Virus record (IMG/VR): IMGVR_UViG_3300021185_003284
Span: 49,072 to 113,071 of that record
Source of the DNA: a virus
DNA length: 64,000 nucleotides
Direction: 5' to 3' (one strand)
Shown: positions 17,838 through 26,501 of the stretch, one piece after another
Layout of the letters: every line of letters begins with the position of its first letter
Numbering within the stretch: the first letter of the stretch is position 1
Translations under genes and position numbers: made by a program
Notes under the pieces: model-generated
Told to the model about the DNA's origin: nothing
Database searches by the model: none
What the model saw: only the letters and a program-made list of their open reading frames with translations

Positions 17838-19125
17838 ATACATAATACTCGGACTTCTTATAATAGGATGTCAGAAGGAACCTATGGAACCTATTGCTCC
17901 AGTACAACCCTGTAACTGTGAGTTAGTAGTAGATGTACAGATACCTTCTGCTACTGATTGTGAAACAGATTACCTTCATTGGGATATTCCTTTTGTTGAT
18001 ACTGCTAAGAAGTTAAATGTTAACTTACCTAGATTTGGACAATTTACTTTATGGTCTGCATTTGGTAATTTTAATAATAACGATACGTCTGATTATGTAA
18101 TCGTAACAGAAGGAGGAACTAATATAGAAAATCCTCCTAGGGGTGAAGTAGTTATAGTAGTAGATGATGTTATAGTAATAGCAATACCAAGTCCTCAACT
18201 AAAAACTAGGAAGGTAGTTACAGAAGATCTAAATCAAGATGGTATAGATGATATAATTCTATTTGGAACAGGACCTGATACTGCACAATCATCAGGAGAT
18301 ATTACTACTGTGATCTATATGTATGCTTCTGGTAGCTATAGGGTACAGGAAATAGGAAGCATCAGCGGATATTACCATACAGGAGCGTATGGAGTAACAA
18401 ATGGAAATGCAGAGATTTTAGAGATTAACTCTCAAGCTTTTACTAATGGTAGTAACGGGTATGTTAACCTTTTACAATCTAGCGGAACTAGTGAAGTATG
18501 GACTAATAGTGATTCTAACATAACTACTCATCATGTAGCTCGAACTTTTCATAGTGAATTATATGATTTCGATAAAGATGGAATTCTAGATTTAATACTA
18601 GGTGGGCACGAATGGGAAGAAGATTGGATGGCTACTTCATTACGTAAAGTAGTATGGCAGACTCATATACTTAGAGGATTAGGTCCAGGACAGTTCGATG
18701 TAGATAACCCAATTATACTCCCTCAGATATTAAACTGGGGTGTAATTACAGACTTTGATATCTACGATATTGATCGAGATGGTAATGTAGAAATTATTAT
18801 TACTAGAACTACTGGAAGAGATGGAGTACAATTTGAATTAGTAGATAATGAATACTACGATGGTATTAAAGTTCAAATACTTAAAGGAGAAGGATTTAAT
18901 TGGTATCAAGACCAGGCATTAGAGTCTCCTAACATAATAGGCTTAGGGACATTTATATGGCCTCATAAGAGTACGATCTATGATGTAAACGGAGATTGTT
19001 TACTAGATATAATTCCGGAAAGCGATAAGCTTAACGCAGCTAGCTTTGTAGACTTTAACTCTGTGAGAGGTATATACTATGAACAGCAGGATAACGGACA
19101 GTTTAACTTAAAATATAAGAATTAA
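17824..19125 (+). CDS. Lipoprotein with FG-GAP/VCBS-like Ca-binding repeats
   Basis: Lipobox LIIGC after GTG 17824; repeats DLNQDGIDD, DFDKDGILD, DIDRDGNVE, DVNGDCLLD. Confidence 0.75.
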   Translation: MRINRYIILGLLIIGCQKEPMEPIAPVQPCNCELVVDVQIPSATDCETDYLHWDIPFVDTAKKLNVNLPRFGQFTLWSAFGNFNNNDTSDYVIVTEGGTNIENPPRGEVVIVVDDVIVIAIPSPQLKTRKVVTEDLNQDGIDDIILFGTGPDTAQSSGDITTVIYMYASGSYRVQEIGSISGYYHTGAYGVTNGNAEILEINSQAFTNGSNGYVNLLQSSGTSEVWTNSDSNITTHHVARTFHSELYDFDKDGILDLILGGHEWEEDWMATSLRKVVWQTHILRGLGPGQFDVDNPIILPQILNWGVITDFDIYDIDRDGNVEIIITRTTGRDGVQFELVDNEYYDGIKVQILKGEGFNWYQDQALESPNIIGLGTFIWPHKSTIYDVNGDCLLDIIPESDKLNAASFVDFNSVRGIYYEQQDNGQFNLKYKN

Positions 19126-19310
19126 TGACACTAGGATTATATATAATAATAGGAGTAATATGGGCAGCATGGTTAGAGTATTATACAACAAATCAAATAG
19201 ATGGCTTTCTAGGACGACCTTGGGTATGGCGAGAACGATTATTTCATTCTTTACTATGGCCAATAAGTCTAGGAACATTCATATGGGAATTTTTAAAGGG
19301 CATATCATGA
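19125..19310 (+). CDS. Small membrane protein
   Basis: Two hydrophobic segments; coupled to the upstream stop. Confidence 0.6.
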   Translation: MTLGLYIIIGVIWAAWLEYYTTNQIDGFLGRPWVWRERLFHSLLWPISLGTFIWEFLKGIS

Positions 19311-19525
19311 TAAATTCATTTACTACATATAAGAAAGCTTTAAAGGTAGTAGATTCATGTGAGAATCATACTCAGTTAGATGGAGCTAAGAACTACATTA
19401 ATAACTTCTTTAAATTCTATTCAGTAAACACTAAAGATGTTTTTACAGCAGATGATAGCATACATAGAATGTACCAGAGGTTACTAATTAAACACGCAGA
19501 GAAAAGCGTACTACTAGAAGTATGA
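19307..19525 (+). CDS. Hypothetical protein
   Basis: ATGA overlap at 19307 is the likely real start of track ORF 19160..19525. Confidence 0.55.
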   Translation: MINSFTTYKKALKVVDSCENHTQLDGAKNYINNFFKFYSVNTKDVFTADDSIHRMYQRLLIKHAEKSVLLEV

Positions 19526-19890
19526 AAGATTTAAATTGGTATTATATACTATTAGGAGCACTTGTAACTATAGTTGCTCAAATTGGAGCTTGGTTTCAAC
19601 ATAACTTACAGTTTAAGTATCCTGAGTACGATGAGAAATGGTGGGGTATGTATGCTTTATCTGTTCCTCTAACTTATGTATTTATTCTTGCGACTAAGTA
19701 CAATGTTGAAGGATATGGAGGAAGTATCTGGGGAGCTAGATTTGTAGGCTTTGCTATAGGAATGATTATATATGCTATTATGATCCAAATATTCTTTCAG
19801 GAGAAGTTTACTATGAAGATAGCATTTCAATTATTACTTTGTTTTGCAGTATTATTTGTACAGGCTTTCTGGAAAGAGTCAGTAAAATAA
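19522..19890 (+). CDS. 4-TM membrane protein (DMT/SMR-like size)
   Basis: Four hydrophobic helices in 122 aa. Confidence 0.6.
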   Translation: MKDLNWYYILLGALVTIVAQIGAWFQHNLQFKYPEYDEKWWGMYALSVPLTYVFILATKYNVEGYGGSIWGARFVGFAIGMIIYAIMIQIFFQEKFTMKIAFQLLLCFAVLFVQAFWKESVK

Positions 19891-19989
19891 CTTAGTAACT
19901 AGTAGGTTCTTATTGTTATTTTTCATATCTTTAAGTATTAAAGAAAGAGAGATATACTCTCTTTATAATTAATTTAATTTATTTCTACT

Positions 19990-20130
19990 ATGATTCAACC
20001 TATCTATCACACCGACGACAACATTAAAAAAACTATTCAATCTCTATTAGAATCTAATTCGATTACACCCGAATTCGCCGACGATATTTACAACTTAGTA
20101 TATAATAAAAATTTAACCGACCAAGAATAA
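19990..20130 (+). CDS. Small acidic protein (46 aa), not in the ORF track
   Basis: ATG 19990 to TAA 20130, behind a variant promoter (TAG-N20-TATCTTTA, 19903-19933) and an AAGAGAG/CTCTCTT hairpin. Confidence 0.5.
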   Translation: MIQPIYHTDDNIKKTIQSLLESNSITPEFADDIYNLVYNKNLTDQE

Positions 20131-20150
20131 ATTAAAAATAACTTGGGGAG

Positions 20151-20216
20151 GAGTTGCCTCCCTGAGTATTTCTTCTTATATTTAAGTATAATTAAAAAGG
20201 TAAAATAAAGGTTATG
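20151..20216 (+). promoter_or_regulatory. Promoter TTG-N20-TATATTTA with AAAGGTT-ATG leader
   Basis: Repeated motif. Confidence 0.75.
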
Positions 20217-20402
20217 ATACAGATTAAAGATTTAAAAGTAGGTCAGATCTTCCAGATGGAAGGCTTAACAGAGAATGGTGATACAGTTCAAGCTGATTGT
20301 ACCCTTCACGCTTATAACGGAATGAATAAGTACGTTGTTGAATCAGATGGTATTACGATATTATTCGATGGAGAGGATGTAGTAACTAAAGTATATAAGT
20401 AA
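20214..20402 (+). CDS. Hypothetical protein
   Basis: Has its own promoter and leader. Confidence 0.65.
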   Translation: MIQIKDLKVGQIFQMEGLTENGDTVQADCTLHAYNGMNKYVVESDGITILFDGEDVVTKVYK

Positions 20403-20641
20403 TGGCTAGAGATAAAAAAAGATATTCAGTACAGATAGATTTGTACATTCATGCAGACAATGATTATATGGCTCGTAAAAAAGCTCATGAGTATGCTGAA
20501 GAGATAGATGCTAAGCATGTTAATGCTAGAGCTAATGTAATAGAGATAGGTGAGCAACCATTTGCTTCACTTTCATATAGAAAACTAGATGATAAATCTA
20601 GACCTATCGAGAAAGAAAAAGATGAACCGCTACCATTTTAG
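20402..20641 (+). CDS. Hypothetical protein ending DEPLPF (SSB-like acidic tail)
   Basis: Coupled ORF. Confidence 0.6.
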   Translation: MARDKKRYSVQIDLYIHADNDYMARKKAHEYAEEIDAKHVNARANVIEIGEQPFASLSYRKLDDKSRPIEKEKDEPLPF

Positions 20642-20647
20642 TAGCAA

Positions 20648-20659
20648 CGTTCTTTAACA
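20648..20659 (+). promoter_or_regulatory. boxA-like antitermination element CGTTCTTTAACA
   Basis: Similar to rrn/lambda boxA, directly upstream of RNA genes. Confidence 0.45.
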
Positions 20660-20662
20660 TAT

Positions 20663-20944
20663 TGGAGGAAAGTGTTGGATCTGAAAGATTGATCCGTTAA
20701 AGAGAGGCCGACGCGATGAGATGATATCAAGAGCTCGCTAGAAGTTGAAAGCTTAGTACTGACTACCGCCGGTTATAGAGGGAAAGGAAAAGGAACTAAA
20801 GACTGAGGCTCGACATTGGGAGTGTAAATTTTGATCACTTTAAAAGGGGAAGAAAATAAGCTGTGTGAAGACAGCGAGGTACCAAGTCCATTCCGGGCGA
20901 AACTATTTTCACAGAGAGGATACCTAACACCCACCCTAACTCCA
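20663..20944 (+). ncRNA. Candidate structured ncRNA (~280 nt), family unassigned
   Basis: GC-enriched gap without a credible ORF. Closing helices TGGAG/CTCCA and GTGTTGG/CTAACAC; internal GAAAATA/TATTTTC, GCTGT/ACAGC, GGATC/GATCC. Confidence 0.5.
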
Positions 20945-20950
20945 TCTTAT

Positions 20951-21023
20951 AGCGCTGTAGAGCAGTGGCCAGCTCGTTGGGCTCATAACCCAAAGGTCGG
21001 AGGTTCGAATCCTCCCAGCGCAA
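20951..21023 (+). tRNA. tRNA-Met(CAT), initiator (fMet) type; CCA not encoded
   Basis: Cloverleaf: acceptor AGCGCTG/CAGCGCA with 1:72 mismatch, anticodon arm TTGGG-CTCATAA-CCCAA (three G:C pairs), T arm GGAGG-TTCGAAT-CCTCC. Confidence 0.93.
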
Positions 21024-21040
21024 CTAAATTAATAAAGGTT

Positions 21041-21274
21041 ATGAAATATTTAAGTAAAGATTATGTAATGCAAGAGATTATTGATACTGTACATATGATG
21101 CAGCTTAATAATGAAAAGACTCCTGACTTAGAACCAACGTATATGGATGCGTTAATTGAATGGTTCTTTATAGATTGGAATGAGATTGCTGATCGAGATA
21201 CAGACTTTCAAGGATGCTTATTAGAGTTTTTAAGAACTGAGTTTAAAACTGAGACTATAAAACATGCCCTCTAA
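21041..21274 (+). CDS. Hypothetical protein
   Basis: AAAGGTT-ATG start at 21041; the track's upstream extension crosses the tRNA. Confidence 0.65.
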   Translation: MKYLSKDYVMQEIIDTVHMMQLNNEKTPDLEPTYMDALIEWFFIDWNEIADRDTDFQGCLLEFLRTEFKTETIKHAL

Positions 21275-21479
21275 AATTATACCAATCGTAGTAGTCTACA
21301 CAAAAGGTAAAGGCTTCAAAAAGTATATGAAAGTCTTCCGGAATGTAAGGTACATAGATCAAGTTAATAGCTCCAGATCAAAGCTTCTTGATAAAGATAT
21401 TGTTGTACATGATTTAGGATGGGGGGAGTACTTTATAGAAAAGTATATGAAGAAGCATAAAATAACTAAGTATGCGTAG
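21264..21479 (+). CDS. Hypothetical basic protein
   Basis: Overlapping operon ORF. Confidence 0.55.
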   Translation: MPSKIIPIVVVYTKGKGFKKYMKVFRNVRYIDQVNSSRSKLLDKDIVVHDLGWGEYFIEKYMKKHKITKYA

Positions 21480-21627
21480 AGCATGGAGATTATGGGCGAG
21501 AGCTTTGGGAGAAAAGATAGGTCCAACAAGTGAAGCAGATAAAATAGCTATACTGAGAACATTAATTATACTCCAGGCAGTAATATGTAATGCTTTGATT
21601 GTAGCTAATATTATAAAAAACTGGTAA
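21472..21627 (+). CDS. Small membrane protein (WRLWARALGEK type, 51 aa), not in the ORF track
   Basis: ATG 21472 to TAA 21627; one TM helix; motif familiar from T4-like aquatic phages. Confidence 0.65.
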   Translation: MRRAWRLWARALGEKIGPTSEADKIAILRTLIILQAVICNALIVANIIKNW

Positions 21628-21641
21628 AATAACTATGTAAC

Positions 21642-21705
21642 TAGTTGCTCGTCTGATATATTATTCATATATTAAGGTATAATATTAAAACAAATAAAGG
21701 TTATG
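21642..21705 (+). promoter_or_regulatory. Promoter TTG-N20-TATATTAA with AAAGGTT-ATG leader
   Basis: Repeated motif; preceded by AATAACTATGTAA, as at ~7538. Confidence 0.75.
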
Positions 21706-22212
21706 GTAAATTTTAAAAGATCAAGTACAAGTATTAAGGGTTATGGTTCTGAGTTAGCTAAGGGCGAGAAGAACGATTGTTTCGTTAGAGCTTTAGCATC
21801 AGCTACAGAAGTTAATTATGACGTTGCTCATAAATTCACTAAAGATTATTTCGGAAGAGCAAACGGTAAGGGTGTATACTTTACTGGCGCTACAATAAAT
21901 CCTCTTGAAGATAAAGGTTTAAGTATAGGTAATAAAGACTTTGACTTTAAAGTTCTTAACAAGATGAGAATTACTAATGGGTATAAGTTATATGGAGAGA
22001 TGGTTTACCGTCAGAAGACTGTTAAGTCATTCATTAAAGATAATCCTAAAGGGACTTATATTGTTGGAGTAGCAGGTCATGCCTTTACTATAAAGGATGG
22101 TACGTTGATTGATAATGCTGATGAGAAGTTTAGACCTACTAGAAAAGTAACTAGTGTATTCCAATTGAAGTCTAAAAGAACGGAAGCTAAGCAATTAAGT
22201 TTGTTTGCATAA
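21703..22212 (+). CDS. Hypothetical protein (NDC-VRA ... GHA, papain-fold-like Cys/His pair)
   Basis: NDCFVRAL...AGHAFTIKDG..ID. Confidence 0.55.
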   Translation: MVNFKRSSTSIKGYGSELAKGEKNDCFVRALASATEVNYDVAHKFTKDYFGRANGKGVYFTGATINPLEDKGLSIGNKDFDFKVLNKMRITNGYKLYGEMVYRQKTVKSFIKDNPKGTYIVGVAGHAFTIKDGTLIDNADEKFRPTRKVTSVFQLKSKRTEAKQLSLFA

Positions 22213-22222
22213 TAAGCATGGC

Positions 22223-22273
22223 GAGGGGGTGAGGGGGCGTTTCTCTCTCTCCTCCGAAGGAGCCACGCGCGAA
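22223..22273 (+). repeat. GC-rich structured motif, copy 1
   Basis: GAGGGGG..GGGCGTTTCTCTC..CTC-loop-GAG-CACGCGC; similar to 23032-23079. Confidence 0.55.
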
Positions 22274-22287
22274 TTTAAAAAAGTAAT

Positions 22288-22464
22288 ATGAAGAAAAAGA
22301 AGAAATATACTATGTTAGATGCAAGGACTAAGGAGTGGGATACTACTCTACATCAAGGAAGGACTAAGCGTCAAGTAGAGAATAACTATAAAGTCATTGG
22401 GTTGACTATAGTCTCAGTCATAGTAGTAGCTTTATTTTATCTTATAATAAGTTTATTTGTATGA
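22288..22464 (+). CDS. Small membrane protein (58 aa), not in the ORF track
   Basis: C-terminal TM helix; TGA overlaps the next ATG. Confidence 0.55.
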   Translation: MKKKKKYTMLDARTKEWDTTLHQGRTKRQVENNYKVIGLTIVSVIVVALFYLIISLFV

Positions 22465-23009
22465 GTAACTTAGCATTCTATCCTATATTAACTCCAAGAG
22501 AGATCGTAGAAGAAGGAGCCTTTGGTGGTTGTTACTTCGGATTGCCTATAGAGGAGTATAGTAATTATGAGTATAGTGAGTTATTTGATTATCATTTTAA
22601 GGGCTTAGATACAAGCTTATACTTAGGAGAGACATATAAACCTCGTATGAATAAGTACAAGATAAGATCGGGTATGGATTATGAGTATTGGAAGGAGATG
22701 AATTGGATGCATGAGAGAGATCCATATGGTTGGTTTGAATGGTATTGTAAGTATAGTATGGGCATCAGAGGAGAGGACGATGATAGGCAGATAAGAAGAT
22801 GGCAAGACTTTGCAGGTACTAATGGTAGATGGCGTAATAGATTATATAAGAGAATAGAACAAGAAGATGATTGGAGTATATCACCAAGGATACAACAGTC
22901 ATTACTACATTGGGGTTACAAAGCCAATGAAGAAGATTATAGTATGTATAAACAATTTAAATTAGTTAAAGATGAAGATAGACTTATCACTCAAAGGATG
23001 GGGCTTTGA
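22461..23009 (+). CDS. Conserved hypothetical protein (DPYGWFEWYC...RQIxRW...QSLLHWG)
   Basis: Trp-rich, conserved-looking motifs. Confidence 0.7.
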   Translation: MSNLAFYPILTPREIVEEGAFGGCYFGLPIEEYSNYEYSELFDYHFKGLDTSLYLGETYKPRMNKYKIRSGMDYEYWKEMNWMHERDPYGWFEWYCKYSMGIRGEDDDRQIRRWQDFAGTNGRWRNRLYKRIEQEDDWSISPRIQQSLLHWGYKANEEDYSMYKQFKLVKDEDRLITQRMGL

Positions 23010-23157
23010 TATGGCTGCTTTAAAAAAGAGTGAGAGGGGGAGGGCGTTTCTCTCCTCATCGAACGAAGTGAGCACGCGCAATATTGACAAAACATCCAAC
23101 CAATCCTACCAATGGGACCATTATAGCGGATTACCGGGTACTGGGGCATATAAATAA
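22972..23157 (+). CDS. Small hypothetical protein (WDHYSGLP)
   Basis: ORF track; contains copy 2 of the GC motif. Confidence 0.45.
   Translation: MKIDLSLKGWGFDMAALKKSERGRAFLSSSNEVSTRNIDKTSNQSYQWDHYSGLPGTGAYK
23032..23079 (+). repeat. GC-rich structured motif, copy 2
   Basis: GAGAGGGGGAGGGCGTTTCTCTCCTCA...TGAGCACGCGC. Confidence 0.55.
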
Positions 23158-23470
23158 GGTACTAGCATAGCTAGTCTCTGAGGTAGTGTACGGCTTTGCC
23201 TTTACATAGATATATGTTTACATAGATCCTCTAAGAGAGAAGTGCTATGATATGCATACCCATAGGAGACTAACGTCTAATACCATTGAAGCCTATTAAT
23301 AATAACTAGTGTATATATTCATATATAGATATACTTATAGATTCATATAAAGATATATAGCCTGTATAGAATAAACATAGGCAGGTGTGTGTAATTTAGA
23401 TGGGTAAGATCAGTCCTGCATGTGCCCCTTACCTTTTTTTTCTCTCTATAGGCAAAAATAACCCACCAAA

Positions 23471-23532
23471 CAGTTGCTTATATGAGATATTCTTCTTATA
23501 TTAAGGTATAATATTAAAAAATAAAGGTTATG
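23471..23532 (+). promoter_or_regulatory. Promoter TTG-N20-TATATTAA with AAAGGTT-ATG leader
   Basis: Repeated motif. Confidence 0.75.
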
Positions 23533-23775
23533 GATTTAAGTAAATTATCAATTTCAGAGTTAAGAGAGTTAAGAACTAATGTCAATCAATGGATAGATAT
23601 TAAAGGGCAGACCAATGCCATGTCTTATACTATAGGACAAGAAGTTACCGTTGACCATAAGAAGCTTAGAGGTCAGATATGTGAGGTAGTTAAGATCAAT
23701 AGAACTAAAGTAGTGGTTAATGCACCATCAATGGGTAGGGTATCAGTACCAATGTCCATGATAGAGGCTGCTTAA
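23530..23775 (+). CDS. Small SH3/KOW-like protein
   Basis: IGQEV.V...G.V.KINRTKVVV pattern. Confidence 0.6.
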   Translation: MDLSKLSISELRELRTNVNQWIDIKGQTNAMSYTIGQEVTVDHKKLRGQICEVVKINRTKVVVNAPSMGRVSVPMSMIEAA

Positions 23776-23787
23776 TATAATCTATCT

Positions 23788-23979
23788 ATGGCAAATAAGA
23801 TATATACAATCATTGGCCTTATAGTAGTATGTACTATAGGGCTAATACTTATACAAGGCCTTATATGGCTGGGTGTTAATACTCTATGGCTATTACTCAC
23901 CTACCCTCTATATTGTCTTATAGGAGTAACTTGTCTTACCTTCCTAACACTCCTTATACCAAATAAACAAACTAAATAG
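23788..23979 (+). CDS. Small membrane protein
   Basis: Two TM segments. Confidence 0.5.
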   Translation: MANKIYTIIGLIVVCTIGLILIQGLIWLGVNTLWLLLTYPLYCLIGVTCLTFLTLLIPNKQTK

Positions 23980-24290
23980 TTGGACAGGTAGAAAATAGTC
24001 TGTCTTGAATACCCTTCCGGAATATTAGACCAAATTGCCGGCCAATTGCCTGTACGCTGCACTCAAGGTGATATAACACTGACAGTATAGTTCCCTAAGG
24101 GGTTGGTAGTCTGCAAGATTCTTCCATACTTATCTGCATAAATCTGATCAAATTTGAGTATATAGGTTATATATAAATATATATGTATATATTAGATTAG
24201 AACATTAGAGTTATTATGTGATACCATACGAATAAACAAAAACCTATTAGCCCTATCCATGTTAATGGTACTACCAATCTATATAGAGCA

Positions 24291-24446
24291 CTATATACGA
24301 TCTGTTTCATCCTTTCCACCATAGTCATCATAGTAAAATAAGTATACAGCTCCTATTATAAGGCATATAGTAAGAATGATCATTGGGACCACTGGGAGAT
24401 TTACTAAACCTACTTCGTCAAAGCTTTGATTACCTGTTAAATTCAT
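24291..24446 (-). CDS. Small membrane protein (51 aa), not in the ORF track
   Basis: ATG 24446 to TAG 24291; one TM helix. Confidence 0.5.
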   Translation of the reverse strand: MNLTGNQSFDEVGLVNLPVVPMIILTICLIIGAVYLFYYDDYGGKDETDRI

Positions 24447-24449
24447 TAT

Positions 24450-24608
24450 TTACATTCTATTAACAACTGTTTCGTACGCTTTTTGATAAATCTCTAGTAA
24501 TTCAGTGGGAGAACCTTTACTATTCTTTATTTTAGTGACTTCTTTATATAATTCATCTTTAGCGCCATGGGAGATGGCAGAATAAACGATATCTTCTATA
24601 GTCTTCAT
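24450..24608 (-). CDS. Small hypothetical protein (52 aa), not in the ORF track
   Basis: MKTIEDIVYSAISHG..., downstream of a minus-strand promoter. Confidence 0.6.
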   Translation of the reverse strand: MKTIEDIVYSAISHGAKDELYKEVTKIKNSKGSPTELLEIYQKAYETVVNRM

Positions 24609-24627
24609 ACGTTACCTTTGTTATATA

Positions 24628-24661
24628 CTACAATATAAGAACTTTTTATCTACTTTCCAAC
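24628..24661 (-). promoter_or_regulatory. Minus-strand promoter TTG-N20-TATATTGT
   Basis: Reverse complement reads GTTGGAAAGTAGATAAAAAGTTCTTATATTGT. Confidence 0.6.
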
Positions 24662-25510
24662 AGTACTTGGGGAAATTTTTTGGAAAATTTTCGCGATATA
24701 GGGGGTTGATTGTACAAAGCCCTCTTCCTTATGTGTTTTTATTGCTCTTATAAACTTATCAGCTATAATTTTTAACATTAAAGCAGGAGAATGTGCACCG
24801 TCCCTTGCAACTAACACTTTTTTACAGTTTTCTTCGTACCAATTCTTATCTATATCGGCTATTTCGAGAGGAGAGTTCTCCACAGTGGTCATAGCTTTGT
24901 AATATCCGGTTGGATCGTATGGAAATTCACATAAATGGTAGAAAGGCACGTCTTTACCTTTAAGAAACCCTACCATAGCGTTGACATTTTTAGTATGGTT
25001 ATAATCTACATACCAATCTTCTACTAAAGCTCCTCTTATATGCCAATTTGTGTAGGGTATAGCTTCTTGTGTATGTGTCCATTGAGGAGAATATTGGTGA
25101 ACTTCACCATCTTTTGTAAAATAATCATACCTAGATACAATATCTTGGAAATAAAACACGTTCTGCACGTTAAAATACTCAAAATACTTAATAAGATTAA
25201 AGTAGGCTGATTCAGAACCATAACCGCCCATACCTAAGTTAACGATTTCGTTGCCTGTATATTGCGATACAAGGTATGGCCAGGTGTTTTCCCAATACTG
25301 TCCTGCACCGTATGTATGGCTACATCCTAAAAAAAGGTCTACTTTTTTGTTTTTATCGGGTATCATTTCAAAATTCATACGAAATCCAGCAGAGTTAAAC
25401 AAATACTCTAAAGGTTTATCTACATACGGTTGAAATAACTCGGGCCATTTTCGATAATGCTTATAAAATACTTCCTTTTTACAAGTATTATACCATTCAA
25501 GTTTTACCAT
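24650..25510 (-). CDS. SGNH/GDSL-like hydrolase, paralog A
   Basis: FLGCSHT, NLGMGG, RDGAH (DxxH). Confidence 0.65.
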   Translation of the reverse strand: MVKLEWYNTCKKEVFYKHYRKWPELFQPYVDKPLEYLFNSAGFRMNFEMIPDKNKKVDLFLGCSHTYGAGQYWENTWPYLVSQYTGNEIVNLGMGGYGSESAYFNLIKYFEYFNVQNVFYFQDIVSRYDYFTKDGEVHQYSPQWTHTQEAIPYTNWHIRGALVEDWYVDYNHTKNVNAMVGFLKGKDVPFYHLCEFPYDPTGYYKAMTTVENSPLEIADIDKNWYEENCKKVLVARDGAHSPALMLKIIADKFIRAIKTHKEEGFVQSTPYIAKIFQKISPSTVGK

Positions 25511-26367
25511 TGTTGCAGTGGATCTTGGGGATTTTTTTTTGGAAAAATTTTATCTATGTAGGGAATCGGTTCAATATACCCTTTTTCATGTGTATTAAGG
25601 AGGTGAACCATGTCGGTTCCTATTTGATTCATGTCTTCCACACTCATATGTGCTCCATCTCTTGGTAAAGTATAGTCACTATAGGGGAAATCTCCATCAA
25701 TAGACATAATTTTTGGTCCATTAGGTGAATCTCTATCATATTCTATGTATCTTCTATATGTTCTAGTGGGGAAAGTATGTTTATAGTATAAGTTAGCTCC
25801 TCTACTCTGCGCGAGATATGCTATTGCGTGTATAAACTGCAAATGATTGAGGTATATGGACCTATCATCTACAGCAACATGTTGTAGGTAGTCTTCGGTA
25901 AAGGGTTGCTGCATTTTCCATGCTTCTGGCCATAACGGGTTAAATGTACGGTGTGTAAAGTACTCGTCAAAGTAGCTGTATCGAGGAACAATAGGTGCAA
26001 ACATAAATACGTTGCGTACTTTGTAGTGATCTATGTATTGAAGTAGTGAGTAATAATGGGTACCTGTACCAGTTGAAGGCATTCCTAAGTTAACAGATGT
26101 GTTACCTGTATAGTTTGAGACTATACTTGTCCAAACCTCTTCTTCATAGTGCCCAATACCGAAAGTATGGCTGCATCCAAGGAATATATCAACTTCTTTT
26201 TCTTTTCTCCTATGAAATTCAAAATTTGATCTAAATCCATCCGAATTTACATTGTAGCTAAGTGGTTTATCCACGTATCTTTGAAATACTTTAGGAAAGT
26301 TTTCATAATGATAAGGGAATATATCAGGAAATTCAGAGTCATGCCATTCTCTTACCACCATCTCCAA
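25504..26367 (-). CDS. SGNH/GDSL-like hydrolase, paralog B
   Basis: FLGCSHT, NLGMPS, RDGAH; colinear with paralog A. Confidence 0.65.
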   Translation of the reverse strand: MEMVVREWHDSEFPDIFPYHYENFPKVFQRYVDKPLSYNVNSDGFRSNFEFHRRKEKEVDIFLGCSHTFGIGHYEEEVWTSIVSNYTGNTSVNLGMPSTGTGTHYYSLLQYIDHYKVRNVFMFAPIVPRYSYFDEYFTHRTFNPLWPEAWKMQQPFTEDYLQHVAVDDRSIYLNHLQFIHAIAYLAQSRGANLYYKHTFPTRTYRRYIEYDRDSPNGPKIMSIDGDFPYSDYTLPRDGAHMSVEDMNQIGTDMVHLLNTHEKGYIEPIPYIDKIFPKKNPQDPLQQW

Positions 26368-26501
26368 GTAATTTTTGCTATACCAAGGTATATATTAAGT
26401 TCTACCCAATCATTCTCTTCATCTATCACTACATCTCCTTTACCGTAGTAAGTAAATCCCACTAGAAATTCACTAGCTAATAATTCTACTCTAAAGTCCA
26501 T
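26352..26501 (-). CDS. Small hypothetical protein (49 aa), not in the ORF track
   Basis: ATG 26501 to TAA 26352, behind a minus-strand promoter. Confidence 0.55.
   Translation of the reverse strand: MDFRVELLASEFLVGFTYYGKGDVVIDEENDWVELNIYLGIAKITWRWW

Noticed and set aside
19160-19306. Long overlap of ORF 19160..19525 with the membrane gene at 19125
   Set aside because: An ATGA-coupled start at 19307 explains the ORF without an overlap.
20663-20944. RNase P RNA, tmRNA or group I intron as the identity of the ncRNA candidate
   Set aside because: GAGGAAAGT is not followed by CC and there is no 3' ACAGAA-CGGC partner. There are no tRNA-like ends or tag ORF. GACTA has no properly placed TAGTC P7 partner, and no gene is interrupted.
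20831-21040. 5' extension of ORF 20831..21274 and minus-strand ORF 20835..21023
   Set aside because: Both overlap the tRNA and the structured RNA; the real start is AAAGGTT-ATG at 21041.
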